This document shows, in pieces, positions 53,126-63,110 of a stretch of 64,000 nt of DNA. Where the stretch lies: assembly GCA_041651015.1 (NCBI GenBank), contig JBAZKA010000002.1, forward strand, positions 137,269 through 201,268, read 5' to 3'. The notes below the pieces were generated by a model. That model saw only the letters and a list, made by a program, of their open reading frames with translations. It was not told where the DNA came from and did not search any database. Made by a program: the position numbers and the translations under genes. Every line of letters begins with the position of its first letter. Position 1 is the stretch's first letter. The DNA is from Patescibacteria group bacterium. GTDB lineage: Bacteria > Patescibacteriota > Patescibacteriia > Magasanikbacterales > GWA2-37-8.

Positions 53126-53443
53126 CGCGTCCCAAAAACCCGAACCTGAACAAGAAAGGATGGTGCCCATGCTCCGTGAGTGGTAAGCGCTCTTCAGCGA
53201 AAAACGGCGCAAGGACAAAAATAGTTTTTCGCAAACAACGAAAGCGGGTCAGCCAACGTTGGCGCGCCCGCACGCGACAACAAGAAAGGGAATAAGAATG
53301 CTCATTATATAGCGCCAGCGTCGGCGCAGCACAAAAATCGACGGGGACCGGCACAGCAATGTGGCCGGTCTTATTTTTTACCAATCTTGACTTTTTATAA
53401 TATTTATAGTAGTATTTTGCCAAACTAAACCGAGGAGGGAATC

Positions 53444-53710
53444 ATGCGCTCATTCAAAAAAATTGTGGTCTGGTTCGTCTATCAGTTGGTGATAATAATC
53501 GGCGCGCTCTGCGTCAGTTCTGTGCCGATTGCGATCGGGTTGGCAATATTTATTTGGATATACGCCACCGAGCAACCGGTGTGGATTTCCGCCCCGTGGT
53601 CAATCATTGCCGCATTGGCCGTGATTCTTCCGCTGTTCGGTCTGAAGAATAAAAATGTGGCAGTCATGCCCATGAGTTTGGAAGAATTTTTTCTCCGCCA
53701 TATGGATTGA
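53444..53710 (+). CDS. small membrane protein
   Basis: ggaggg RBS. Three hydrophobic helices. Confidence 0.45.
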   Translation: MRSFKKIVVWFVYQLVIIIGALCVSSVPIAIGLAIFIWIYATEQPVWISAPWSIIAALAVILPLFGLKNKNVAVMPMSLEEFFLRHMD

Positions 53711-53911
53711 TGTGTTGCACCTTTCGCGCGCCTCCCTCGGGAGCGCGTTTTTTTGTCGCAATTTGCGAAATATATTTTATTTAAGAAAATTTACTGCGCG
53801 TTTCGCTAGTTAGCAGGTTAATTAATAATTTGATTTTAGAGCCATTTTCTGCTATTGTAGCATCATTATATGTATTAATTGCGTATCGTGTTTTGCTGAA
53901 AATAATTAGTT

Positions 53912-54244
53912 ATGAATTATTCCAAAGAAATTAAAAAAGATTGCTATGCTGTCCGCATGACGGCTAGGGAAAACGACGAAGAACTGGGACATGCGTACTT
54001 GTATATAATTTTTAATGACTTGCACAAAGAACCATATGGTTTATTGGAGGATGTGTTTGTCAGCGACAAATGCCGTGGCCGCGGAGTTGGCAGTGAACTT
54101 TTAAAAATGATTATCAATGAAGCGAAAGAGCGCGGATGTTATAAACTAATTGCGGACAGTAGAAACAGCCGGACAGAAGTTCACGCCTGGTATTTGGCGA
54201 GCGGGTTCGTGGAATATGGCAAAGAATTTAGAATGGAATTTTAA
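53912..54244 (+). CDS. GNAT-family N-acetyltransferase
   Basis: Acetyl-CoA-binding motif RGRGVGSELLKMIINEAKERG. Confidence 0.7.
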   Translation: MNYSKEIKKDCYAVRMTARENDEELGHAYLYIIFNDLHKEPYGLLEDVFVSDKCRGRGVGSELLKMIINEAKERGCYKLIADSRNSRTEVHAWYLASGFVEYGKEFRMEF

Positions 54245-54258
54245 TTTAAAATAATCAT

Positions 54259-55149
54259 ATGCTTTGCGAAAGAATAAAAATGAAAAATCCGAATATCCTG
54301 GCAGTTTGCCCGGACGCGGAATACGCGCTTTTGGATTCGGGTGACGGAGAAAAGTTGGAACAATACGGTAAATATGTTTTGTCGCGTCCTGATCCGCAAT
54401 CGCTTTGGAAAAAGAAATTACCACAAACTGATTGGGCAAAAGCCGATGCCATATTTTTGCGCGATGGGCGCGCAACCGAGTGGAAATTGAAACCGGGTGT
54501 ACCGGCCAAGTGGGAAGTGGAATTGCAAGGTTTAAAATTTTGGGTCAAACCGACCTCATTCAAACACACCGGACTTTTTCCCGAGCAATCCAGCAACTGG
54601 TATTGGTTGTCAGGTATTATTCAAGCCTCCAAACAACCCCTGGAAGTATTGAATTTATTTGGTTATACCGGCGGAGCGACATTGGCGTGCGCCAAGGCCG
54701 GAGCCAAGGTCTGCCATGTGGATGGTTCCAAAGCGGCGGTCACTTGGGCGCGGGAAAACGCGGAATTAAATAATCTGCAGGACAAACCGATTCGTTGGAT
54801 TATTGATGACGCGGTAAAATTTGTGAAACGCGAAATCAAACGCGGGCACAAATACGATGGCATCATTATGGACCCGCCGGCTTTTGGCCACGGTCCAACC
54901 GGCGAGATGTGGAAGATTGAAGAAAATTTTTTAGAATTTTTGGATTTATGCAAACAACTTCTCTCGGATAAGCCGGCTTTTGTTTTGCTCAATGGTTATG
55001 CTTCGGGCTATTCGGCCATTGCCTATGAAAACGCGTTGAAAGATTTAATGGGCGATGTTGGTGAGATTGAAAAAGGCGCGCTCACTATCCGCGAACGCGA
55101 TACCGAGCGTCTTTTGCCCTGCGGAATTTACGCACGGTGGAAAAAATGA
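54259..55149 (+). CDS. class I SAM-dependent RNA methyltransferase (RlmI/RlmK-like)
   Basis: LNLFGYTGGATLACAKAGAKVCHVDGSKAAV and WIIDDAVKFV. Confidence 0.65.
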   Translation: MLCERIKMKNPNILAVCPDAEYALLDSGDGEKLEQYGKYVLSRPDPQSLWKKKLPQTDWAKADAIFLRDGRATEWKLKPGVPAKWEVELQGLKFWVKPTSFKHTGLFPEQSSNWYWLSGIIQASKQPLEVLNLFGYTGGATLACAKAGAKVCHVDGSKAAVTWARENAELNNLQDKPIRWIIDDAVKFVKREIKRGHKYDGIIMDPPAFGHGPTGEMWKIEENFLEFLDLCKQLLSDKPAFVLLNGYASGYSAIAYENALKDLMGDVGEIEKGALTIRERDTERLLPCGIYARWKK

Positions 55150-55152
55150 TTT

Positions 55153-55797
55153 ATGCTCAAAGTTCTCTATGAAGACAACCACCTTATCGCCGTATTCAAA
55201 CCGGCTGGTGTTTTAGTTCAAGGGGATAATACTGGAGATATTTGTTTGATGGACGACGTTAAAAAATATTTAAAAGAAAAATACAAAAAAACTGGAAATG
55301 TATTTCTCGGTTTGCTTCATCGTCTGGACAGGCCGGTTTCCGGTATTGTGCTTTTTGCCAAGACATCAAAAGGCGCTTCGCGTTTGTCCGAGCAAATCCG
55401 TAATCATGAATTCAAAAAAGAATACCACGCGTTGGTTGAGGGAAAACTAAAATCCGCCCGAGGCGGACTAAAGAATTATTTGTTGCATGACGAAAAAACA
55501 AACAAAGCGCAAATTTTTGATACTCCCAAAGGCGACGCGCAACTAGCCGAGTTGTCTTATGAAGTGGAAGAAACACAAGGGAAAAACTCTTTGCTCAAAA
55601 TTGACTTGAAAACCGGTCGGCATCATCAAATCAGGGCGCAGTTTGCCCATCTGGGTCATCCGCTTGTCGGGGACAAAAAATACGGCGCGGGAATGCTGTA
55701 TCGGGCAGGGGAGATCGCGCTTTGCGCCACTAAAATTACTTTCAAAACCGCGACTGGTGATGAAGTAAAAGAGGTGAAAATAAAAGCGCCTTTTTAA
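55153..55797 (+). CDS. RluA-family pseudouridine synthase
   Basis: Catalytic HRLDRPVSGIVLFAK. GRHHQIRAQFAHLGHPLVGDKKYG. Confidence 0.8.
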   Translation: MLKVLYEDNHLIAVFKPAGVLVQGDNTGDICLMDDVKKYLKEKYKKTGNVFLGLLHRLDRPVSGIVLFAKTSKGASRLSEQIRNHEFKKEYHALVEGKLKSARGGLKNYLLHDEKTNKAQIFDTPKGDAQLAELSYEVEETQGKNSLLKIDLKTGRHHQIRAQFAHLGHPLVGDKKYGAGMLYRAGEIALCATKITFKTATGDEVKEVKIKAPF

Positions 55798-56672
55798 GTT
55801 AATATTTGCGCCAAAATTTCATTCACATACCCCATGCCGTCATCACCAGTAATCACCACGTCAAAATTTTGTTTGTATAATTCCAAGTGTTCGTCGGTCA
55901 TTTGGTTGTAAAATCCGATTTTGATTAAATTGTTATAATCAAATCCGGTAACCATGCCCGTGTCATCAATGCCATCGCCCATGAGAATTACGTTCGGGCG
56001 TTTTTTTATTTCGTCAAAAATCGGCAGGGATTCCAAAGTAATTTCGTATTTATTCAGTGAGTGGACCACCGGCTCTTTGGCCGCAATCATTTTGCCATTG
56101 GCGTCAAATTCATACCAATTGGCGACAATGAAGATATTGTCGTATACGCGGTCAAAATTATTGATATAACGTTTTATCATGTAGCCCGGAGCGGCTGACA
56201 TAATTACGAATGGGATATTTTTGGCAAATGTATCACGAAACAAATCAAGCGCGCCGTCGCGGAAAAATAACGGATGCTCGGCGCAAACCCGGTCTAGAAG
56301 CGTCTTGGTAACTCCAAACTGAATCATGTCGGCATGGGCCGCGTCCCACCACTCGCGCATATAATTCGCGCGTTCGTCAAAACTGCGGTTGTAGTCAATT
56401 TCAATCGGATAATATTTCTCGTAGTGTTCTCGGCTGATTTTAACATACTCAGGATCTAAATAGCCGTCCCGGCGTAAATTGGCAAAAATGGAAGTAAAAT
56501 TGTTGCCTTCGTCATCGTATGCTCGCGTCAAGGTCCGATCAAAATCTGTTAAAATATGCAATTTTTCCGCGCCGTCTAGGCGCATATTGTCTATGGTTTG
56601 TTTCAATGATTCAGGATTGCAAATAATTACTTCTGGTTTGAGTTTCATGCCGGCGGGAGTTTGATAAGTCAT
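55794..56672 (-). CDS. HAD-superfamily pyrimidine 5'-nucleotidase-like
   Basis: HAD motif I DFDRTLT. Similar to cytosolic 5'-nucleotidase III. Confidence 0.55.
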   Translation of the reverse strand: MTYQTPAGMKLKPEVIICNPESLKQTIDNMRLDGAEKLHILTDFDRTLTRAYDDEGNNFTSIFANLRRDGYLDPEYVKISREHYEKYYPIEIDYNRSFDERANYMREWWDAAHADMIQFGVTKTLLDRVCAEHPLFFRDGALDLFRDTFAKNIPFVIMSAAPGYMIKRYINNFDRVYDNIFIVANWYEFDANGKMIAAKEPVVHSLNKYEITLESLPIFDEIKKRPNVILMGDGIDDTGMVTGFDYNNLIKIGFYNQMTDEHLELYKQNFDVVITGDDGMGYVNEILAQILT

Positions 56673-56674
56673 AA

Positions 56675-57376
56675 TTATTTACTCAAATAAAATTTTCTTT
56701 CTCCCTCCGAAAATTTTTCAATGGCATAGCGCAACATGGTGCGTGGCATATTTTTATAACGCGGTTTTAAATAATTCGTCAAAACTTTTTTATCGCGCTT
56801 GCCAACCTCGCGCAACATCCAACCGACCGCTTTGTGCATTAAATCATGTTTATCATTCAGCAAAATGTCGGCAAGTTTTAATGTGTCATCAAATTCTCCG
56901 GCGCGGATAAAAGCATAAGTGGCGAGCATGGCAATGCGCCGTTCCCAAAGAATTCTGGATTTGGCTAATTTATACAGTATTTTCCGATTTTTATCCAAAA
57001 GCCAAGTGCCAACAATATTCGGCGCGGATAAATCCACCAAATCCCAATTGTTTATCCGTTTGGTGTGTTTGAGGTAAAAATCAAAAATCTTTTTTTGATC
57101 TGCTTCACTAATTTTGGGGAATTTATAAGTCAAGATAATTAATCCGGTCAAACGGAATTCGTGATACGGACTCGCGATTAATTTTTTTACGTCTTCAAGC
57201 GTAATTTCTTGGAAATATTTTTTCGCCACTTCACGTTGACGGGGCACTTTGATACCCAAAAATTTATCTCCCTCGCCATATTGCCCCTTGCCGGTCTTGA
57301 AGAATCTTCGCAGGTGCACGGCTTGTTTTTTGTCGGCTATTTTATTCAATTCATTCGCGATTTTTGGGCAAATCAT
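56675..57376 (-). CDS. DNA alkylation repair protein (AlkC/AlkD-like HEAT repeats)
   Basis: NNWDLVD and all-helical repeat pattern. Confidence 0.6.
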   Translation of the reverse strand: MICPKIANELNKIADKKQAVHLRRFFKTGKGQYGEGDKFLGIKVPRQREVAKKYFQEITLEDVKKLIASPYHEFRLTGLIILTYKFPKISEADQKKIFDFYLKHTKRINNWDLVDLSAPNIVGTWLLDKNRKILYKLAKSRILWERRIAMLATYAFIRAGEFDDTLKLADILLNDKHDLMHKAVGWMLREVGKRDKKVLTNYLKPRYKNMPRTMLRYAIEKFSEGERKFYLSK

Positions 57377-57456
57377 ACATGCTTGCGTTAAATTTTGTAT
57401 CAGTGTAATATTTTAATAATGGTACGCCGTCAATTACCCTATCACGTACAAAAATT

Positions 57457-58764
57457 TTGCGCAATATGGTCAAACAAATCATTGATTTACATATTCATTC
57501 TAAATACTCGCGCGCGTGCAGTAAGGATTTGGAGTTGCCCAAAATTGCCTCCGCCTGCGTCAAAAAGGGGATAGATATTTGCGCCACCGGTGATTATACG
57601 CACCCGATGTGGTTTGAGCATATTAAAGATAATTTAGAAGAAATAGCTGATTCTGGGTTATATCGGCTTAAACGCGCAAATGCCACATCGTCCGCCTCGG
57701 GCGGACGTGAAACCCGTTTTATTCTTTCCACCGAACTATCCTGTATCTATAAAGATAAAGACGCGACACGTCGCCTACATTTGGTCGTTCTCGCGCCAAA
57801 TATCTCGGCTGTAGCCAAACTTAATGAATATTTGGCTAACCTTGGCTGTAATTTACGTTCTGATGGCCGGCCAATTTTAGGCCTCAAGGCCAAGGAAGTG
57901 TTGAAAATATTATTGGAAATTGATGAAAGATTTATGCTCATTCCGGCGCATGCTTGGACGCCCTGGTTTTCCATTTTCGGTTCCAAATCCGGTTATGATA
58001 AATTGGAAGATTGTTTTGAAGAATTATCGCCCCACGTTTGTGCTTTGGAGACAGGGCTGTCCAGCGACCCAGCCATGAATCATTTGTGGAGCGCTTTGGA
58101 CAAATACACACTCGTTTCAAATTCCGACGCGCATAGTTTGGATAAGCTTGGACGTGAAGCCAATGTTTTTGAATTTAATAATGAAAAGGAAATCACCTAT
58201 GATGAGATTTGCAGGGTGATTAAAACCGGCGATAAAAAAACATTCAAATACACGATTGAATTTTTTCCCGAAGAAGGCAAGTATCATTTTGACGGACACG
58301 CGCCATGCGCTGTGTGTCTGACTTCGGCGCAAACGAAAAAAGAAAATTATCTGTGCCCGAAATGTAAAAAGAAAATTACGGTCGGTGTCTTACATCGGGT
58401 GGAGGATCTGGCCGACCGCGAGGAAAAAAATATTCCCGATAAGTTTATTCCACACAAATATATTGTTCCTCTTTTGGAAATTATTGCGTCAGTGTTTGAG
58501 GTGGGAGTAAACAGCAAGCGAGTTCATGCTGAGTACGAAAATTTAATAAAAAACATTGGCCATGAGTTTTACATTTTGATTGACGCGCCGATTGAAAAAA
58601 TAAAAAAGGAAACCAACAATGAAAATATCGCGCTGGCCATTGCCAATATGCGTGAAGGTAAAATTGGCGTTTTCCCCGGGTACGACGGAATATTTGGTCG
58701 GATAGATTTATTGCAGAATAACAAGAAAAAACGGGTTGAACAGGGGCGGCTGATGCTTGAGTAA
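57457..58764 (+). CDS. PHP-domain nuclease, endonuclease Q-like
   Basis: N-terminal DLHIHSKYSRACS PHP motif and C-terminal zinc finger CPKCKKK...C. Size ~435 aa. Confidence 0.5.
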   Translation: MRNMVKQIIDLHIHSKYSRACSKDLELPKIASACVKKGIDICATGDYTHPMWFEHIKDNLEEIADSGLYRLKRANATSSASGGRETRFILSTELSCIYKDKDATRRLHLVVLAPNISAVAKLNEYLANLGCNLRSDGRPILGLKAKEVLKILLEIDERFMLIPAHAWTPWFSIFGSKSGYDKLEDCFEELSPHVCALETGLSSDPAMNHLWSALDKYTLVSNSDAHSLDKLGREANVFEFNNEKEITYDEICRVIKTGDKKTFKYTIEFFPEEGKYHFDGHAPCAVCLTSAQTKKENYLCPKCKKKITVGVLHRVEDLADREEKNIPDKFIPHKYIVPLLEIIASVFEVGVNSKRVHAEYENLIKNIGHEFYILIDAPIEKIKKETNNENIALAIANMREGKIGVFPGYDGIFGRIDLLQNNKKKRVEQGRLMLE

Positions 58765-58778
58765 ATATTACATAAAAA

Positions 58779-58812
58779 ATAAAAAACCCCGCTTTCGCGG
58801 AGCTTTTTATTT
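58779..58812 (+). terminator. terminator hairpin
   Basis: aaaaaaccccgctttcgcggagcttttt. A related cccgctttcgcggg hairpin occurs at 50754..50768. Confidence 0.45.
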
Positions 58813-58819
58813 TAAGAAA

Positions 58820-58918
58820 CTATTTGCGTTTCTTGGCCGGTTTGCGTTTCTTGGCCACCGGTTTCTTCGCGACTTTTCGTTTGGTCGCCGGTTTCTTCGC
58901 TTTTTTCTTAGCTGGCAT
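58820..58918 (-). CDS. 32-aa lysine-rich basic peptide (MPAKKKAKKPATKRKVAKKPVAKKRKPAKKRK)
   Basis: aaggggg RBS, ATG start. KKP repeats. Below the ORF-track size cutoff. Confidence 0.35.
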   Translation of the reverse strand: MPAKKKAKKPATKRKVAKKPVAKKRKPAKKRK

Positions 58919-59197
58919 ATTGGGCACCCCCTTTCTTCTGCGCGAGGCGCGCATAATGGGATAATTTTTTCTTTACTCGCGATCGCGAGAAAAAATTTTT
59001 TATTGTTGAAGTTTCTGCCAACAAGCATTGAGCACAAACTTCTTTCGACCTATCTATATTATATGCATAAATCAAAAAAAATGAAATAGTGTCAAGCAAA
59101 GTTATGCACAGGCTGACAAAATATTTGTAAAAATTAATTTATCTTGACTGAAATTATTATTTCTGGTTAAATTACATCATAATTTAATTGTTTTGTT

Positions 59198-60082
59198 ATG
59201 ACAAACGAAAACGAAATTGAAGTTAGTTCGCAACATGAGCACGAAGTTAGCGATAGCGAATTGTCGGCACTAAAAAAAGAAGTGTTTAAGGAACAAGATG
59301 GCATGATGAATAAATTGGTGAAGGACGGTGCTGTCAATTTTTTCAGGCAAGAGTTTCCTGATTTACGGCATGCGTTTATTGAACCGCAACGATGTGTTTG
59401 TTGCGCGGACGAAGGCACTGCACACATGGACATTAACGGTGAAGCTAAGTTTGCTTTAGCCGGTTCGGGGATATTGTATCCAGCCGGAGGCGAAGCCGAA
59501 CGTTTGGAAAAAGTAGCAAAAATAATGATTGAACGAGGGGTGAAAAATATTACGAGTCACGATGGTTGTGGCGCGGGCGGAGAAGCGTTCAAACGCGCTT
59601 TTCCCGAAGCCGACCCGCACGATCCGGATTTGGCGCAAAAGATTGCGGCGTACACCAAAGCGTGGGCTGATAAGCTGGCAGATAAAATGCGCGAGCTTGG
59701 CCATGACGCTGAACGCACGCATATTCCGGCGAACGAAATGGTACGACCGGAAAAATTTCACAACGCGCGCGTCATTTATTTTGACGGAGTCGGCGGTTTT
59801 AATCCTAACAAGGAAGTTGATTTGCCCAAAGGATTTGTGGTGGAAAGAAAATATTTGCCGGCTGATTACGCGGCCACGGAATTGGGATTTTTGTCAAACA
59901 TCGCTTTCGGTCATCATGGCTTTGGCGAATTGTTTACCGCGGATAATCCGTTTGTGCTCATTGCCATGGCGCGGACGGCCGATGAAGCTGATAGTTTGAA
60001 AAAAGAAATTGAAACCACGCTAGCGGAAAATGAAAATTTCAAATCAGAAAAGATAAAAATTGACGCGATTGTGATTGAGTAA
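59198..60082 (+). CDS. hypothetical protein
   Basis: 294-aa host-GC ORF, no recognised domain. Confidence 0.5.
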   Translation: MTNENEIEVSSQHEHEVSDSELSALKKEVFKEQDGMMNKLVKDGAVNFFRQEFPDLRHAFIEPQRCVCCADEGTAHMDINGEAKFALAGSGILYPAGGEAERLEKVAKIMIERGVKNITSHDGCGAGGEAFKRAFPEADPHDPDLAQKIAAYTKAWADKLADKMRELGHDAERTHIPANEMVRPEKFHNARVIYFDGVGGFNPNKEVDLPKGFVVERKYLPADYAATELGFLSNIAFGHHGFGELFTADNPFVLIAMARTADEADSLKKEIETTLAENENFKSEKIKIDAIVIE

Positions 60083-60091
60083 CAGAAAATA

Positions 60092-60130
60092 AATAAGCCC
60101 CGACTGCGAATGTCGCGTTCGGGGCTTTTC
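60092..60130. terminator. bidirectional terminator
   Basis: gccccgactgcgaatgtcgcgttcggggc followed by ttttcgtttt. Confidence 0.6.
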
Positions 60131-60144
60131 GTTTTATCTCTTGG

Positions 60145-61014
60145 TTAGGCGGCGGATGATTCCTTGTGGTCCGGGTGGCGCGGATCCGTGGGCTCAAGCA
60201 ATTCGCGAAGCGCCGGTTCAATGATATTCTCGCGAATATCCTTTGCGCCCTTGGAAATACCAACTCGCGTTTTGTTGCGTAATACAGCGACGGTACGGTT
60301 TAATGTATCAACAGCCAGCGACAGGTCCTTTTCCTCATTGATCGCCATTCTGTAATAGCGCATAAACATATCACCGAATTCGTTAGGCCACGCCCACATG
60401 CATTCGTCTTCTGGCGTCATGAGGTTCATGAATCCGATTAATGTGTTTATGTCCACTCGCATGGCCTCGTCGCCCGACCTAATCAATACATCGCTGCAGC
60501 TCGGAGTATTATTCTCATCATGGTTGTTTTTCAAGTAATTGCGGTCAATATACCAACCGCCTCCACCGCCGATTCTGCCGTTGATTCGTACTTGACGCGT
60601 GAACCAGCCACCCAATGAGATAATCACAGCACTGCGCTCAACCGCCATCGGTTCGCCGCGAAGTACAACCTCTGCGCGTTGTTCCTCATGGAGTGGCTCA
60701 TTGCAGCATTTTGCGTGGAAGAGCCAGAGCTCGTATCCAATCACGTTGCGTTTGAAGTACCGAATAGTGACGGAAATGAATATGATGTATCCGATAATGG
60801 CAGAAGGCAAGGATATATAGTAGAGACAATGCGGGAAGCTGCGCGGTTCCTCGCCAGAATAGAAAAACCAGAGGATGACGCTTATCACTGTCCCGATAAG
60901 CGCCATTACCAGCCAGGCGCGAGTGCTGACAGCCCCGTGTGATTCGGCGTATTCACGCCAAAAGCCCTCTCCTTTCGTTGGCACGGCAAAATTTACATGT
61001 CTTTGCTTTTTCAT
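60145..61014 (-). CDS. membrane protein, hypothetical
   Basis: Two TM helices. MKKQRHVNF start inside ORF 60145..61047. Confidence 0.45.
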   Translation of the reverse strand: MKKQRHVNFAVPTKGEGFWREYAESHGAVSTRAWLVMALIGTVISVILWFFYSGEEPRSFPHCLYYISLPSAIIGYIIFISVTIRYFKRNVIGYELWLFHAKCCNEPLHEEQRAEVVLRGEPMAVERSAVIISLGGWFTRQVRINGRIGGGGGWYIDRNYLKNNHDENNTPSCSDVLIRSGDEAMRVDINTLIGFMNLMTPEDECMWAWPNEFGDMFMRYYRMAINEEKDLSLAVDTLNRTVAVLRNKTRVGISKGAKDIRENIIEPALRELLEPTDPRHPDHKESSAA

Positions 61015-61238
61015 CTTCCGTCTCCTTTTTCCGACGTCCCGACACAAAGTCGGGATCAGTGGGTGGCGCGATGGACCGGTCTTTTTGGCACCATGCCAAA
61101 CAATCCGTTCGATCCGCCAAGAGATAAAATGTCAGGGAACTGGCAGTATTGAAACACGGATTAGGTGTAAAGTCAATGGGGGGGGGAGGACACTCTCTCC
61201 ACACAAAAAAATAACGGCAAAATGCCGTTATATTTTTG

Positions 61239-61320
61239 TGCCCGAGGAGAGAATCGAACTCTCATGACCGAAGCCGCACGATTTTGAGTCGTGTTCGTCT
61301 ACCAATTCCGACACCCGGGC
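61239..61320 (-). tRNA. tRNA-Leu (anticodon CAA)
   Basis: Acceptor GCCCGGG/CTCGGGC, anticodon loop CTCAAAA, long variable arm CGGCTTCGGTC, T-arm GAGAG-TTCGATT-CTCTC. Confidence 0.7.
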
Positions 61321-61419
61321 TAAATGTGCAAATATTATAGTAAATTCATGGAAAAATGTCAATAGGCCATCTTGTTTTTTTCGCTCCGTGTGCTACAATA
61401 TATTCATTAATATTTCTTC

Positions 61420-62187
61420 ATGCCTCCGGTAATTTCCATTGTCAATCAAAAAGGCGGAGTGGGTAAAACCACCACGGCCGTGAATTTAGCCGCCGGGCTG
61501 GCCGAGACCGGTAAGTTTGTATTATTGGTGGATTTGGATCCGCAAGGCAACGCCACATCCGGACTTGGCGCCAAACCTGAAGAAAATGAATCCGGGCTGT
61601 ATCATGCTATTGTCGGCCAGGCTCGCATTCATGACATTATCAAAAATACGGCCCACACCGGATTGCGGGTTGCTCCGGGTACGCCAGACTTGGCCGGCGC
61701 CAACGTGGAATTGGTAAATGTGGAAGGGCGCGAAAGAAAATTATCAGATATAATTTCCGAAGCCAAACATGCTTACGATTACATCATCATTGACTGTCCG
61801 CCCTCGCTCGGAATTTTAACTTTAAATGGTTTGGTTGCGGCCGACCACGTGCTCATCCCGGTGCAAGCCGAGTATTACGCGCTGGAGGGTTTGGGGCAAT
61901 TATTAAAAACCATTGACTTGGTGCGTGAGAATATCAAGCCGGAGTTAAACGTACTTGGCGCCGTGCTCACCATGTATGATTCGCGCAATCGTTTGTCCGA
62001 AGAAGTTTTGCATGAGCTTTATAAATATTTTCCCAACAACATATTTCGTTCGGTGGTGCCGCGTACCGTGCGTTTGGCCGAAGCTCCGAGCTATGGCCAA
62101 AGCATTTTTCATTATGAACCCAGTGGTAAGGGCGCCAAAGCCTATGAGCGTTTGACGCGGGAATTTTTAGATAGATTTGAAAAATAA
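61420..62187 (+). CDS. parA: chromosome partitioning ATPase ParA/Soj
   Basis: Deviant Walker A VNQKGGVGKTTTAVNLAAGLAE. Confidence 0.85.
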   Translation: MPPVISIVNQKGGVGKTTTAVNLAAGLAETGKFVLLVDLDPQGNATSGLGAKPEENESGLYHAIVGQARIHDIIKNTAHTGLRVAPGTPDLAGANVELVNVEGRERKLSDIISEAKHAYDYIIIDCPPSLGILTLNGLVAADHVLIPVQAEYYALEGLGQLLKTIDLVRENIKPELNVLGAVLTMYDSRNRLSEEVLHELYKYFPNNIFRSVVPRTVRLAEAPSYGQSIFHYEPSGKGAKAYERLTREFLDRFEK

Positions 62188-62198
62188 AATATTTTTTT

Positions 62199-63068
62199 AT
62201 GTCTCTCGGCCGAGGACTTGGAGCATTGATCACTCCAACCACAACCAAAGAACGGCAAAAAAAGGAATACTCAACCGGCGCCAAAGATAATACTCAGTCC
62301 TCACAACGAATCTGGACTGTGCCGGTTTCGGAAATCACGCCAAACGCGGATCAGCCGCGCAAATATTTTAATCCCGAAGAATTGCAGGAGTTGTCCAACT
62401 CAATCAAAGAGCATGGCGTATTACAGCCTCTTTTGCTCGCGGAAAAGCGCGATGGCGGATATGAAATCATCGCCGGTGAACGCCGCTATCGGGCCTCCAA
62501 ATTAGCGGGATTGGCCACTGTGCCGGCTATTGTCAAAGAATTATCCGAACAGTCAAAATTAGAAATTGCCTTGATTGAAAATATTCAGCGCGCTGATTTG
62601 AATCCCATTGAAGAAGCATTTGCCTATAAACGTTTGATTGATGAATTTAAATTGACCCAGCAAGAAGTGGCTGATAAAGTCGGCAAGAGTCGTCCGGCTG
62701 TGGCCAATACCGTTCGTTTGCTGGAATTGCCAGATGAAGTGCAAAGCGCTTTAATTGAAAAGAAAATTAACATGGGTCAAGCGCGCGCGCTACTGTCGCT
62801 TGGCAACAAAAAAGAACAGCTTGACGCACTGTCCTCCATGCTGGGGCAAAAAATTACGGTCCGTGAATTGGAAAAATCCGTAGCAAAAATGAAAACCGGC
62901 GGATACACGCGCCGCGATCCCAACCTCGCGTACATGGAAGAAAAACTTCGCGCCGCGCTCGGCACTAAAGTCAACATCACGCAAAAAGGCGAGCAAGGGG
63001 TGGTGGCTATCAATTACTATTCCAAAGAAGAACTGGCGCGCGTGATTAAAAAAATTATTGAAGAATAG
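62199..63068 (+). CDS. parB: chromosome partitioning protein ParB/Spo0J
   Basis: ParB box GERRYRASKLAGLATVPAIV plus HTH. Confidence 0.85.
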   Translation: MSLGRGLGALITPTTTKERQKKEYSTGAKDNTQSSQRIWTVPVSEITPNADQPRKYFNPEELQELSNSIKEHGVLQPLLLAEKRDGGYEIIAGERRYRASKLAGLATVPAIVKELSEQSKLEIALIENIQRADLNPIEEAFAYKRLIDEFKLTQQEVADKVGKSRPAVANTVRLLELPDEVQSALIEKKINMGQARALLSLGNKKEQLDALSSMLGQKITVRELEKSVAKMKTGGYTRRDPNLAYMEEKLRAALGTKVNITQKGEQGVVAINYYSKEELARVIKKIIEE

Positions 63069-63078
63069 AAAAATAAAA

Positions 63079-63110
63079 AGCCCGCCTTATTTGGCGGGTT
63101 TTTGTTTTTT
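63079..63110. terminator. bidirectional terminator between parB and the RelA/SpoT-family gene
   Basis: Stem agcccgcc/ggcgggtt with A-run upstream and T-run downstream. The stop codon of the minus-strand gene lies in the loop. Confidence 0.6.
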
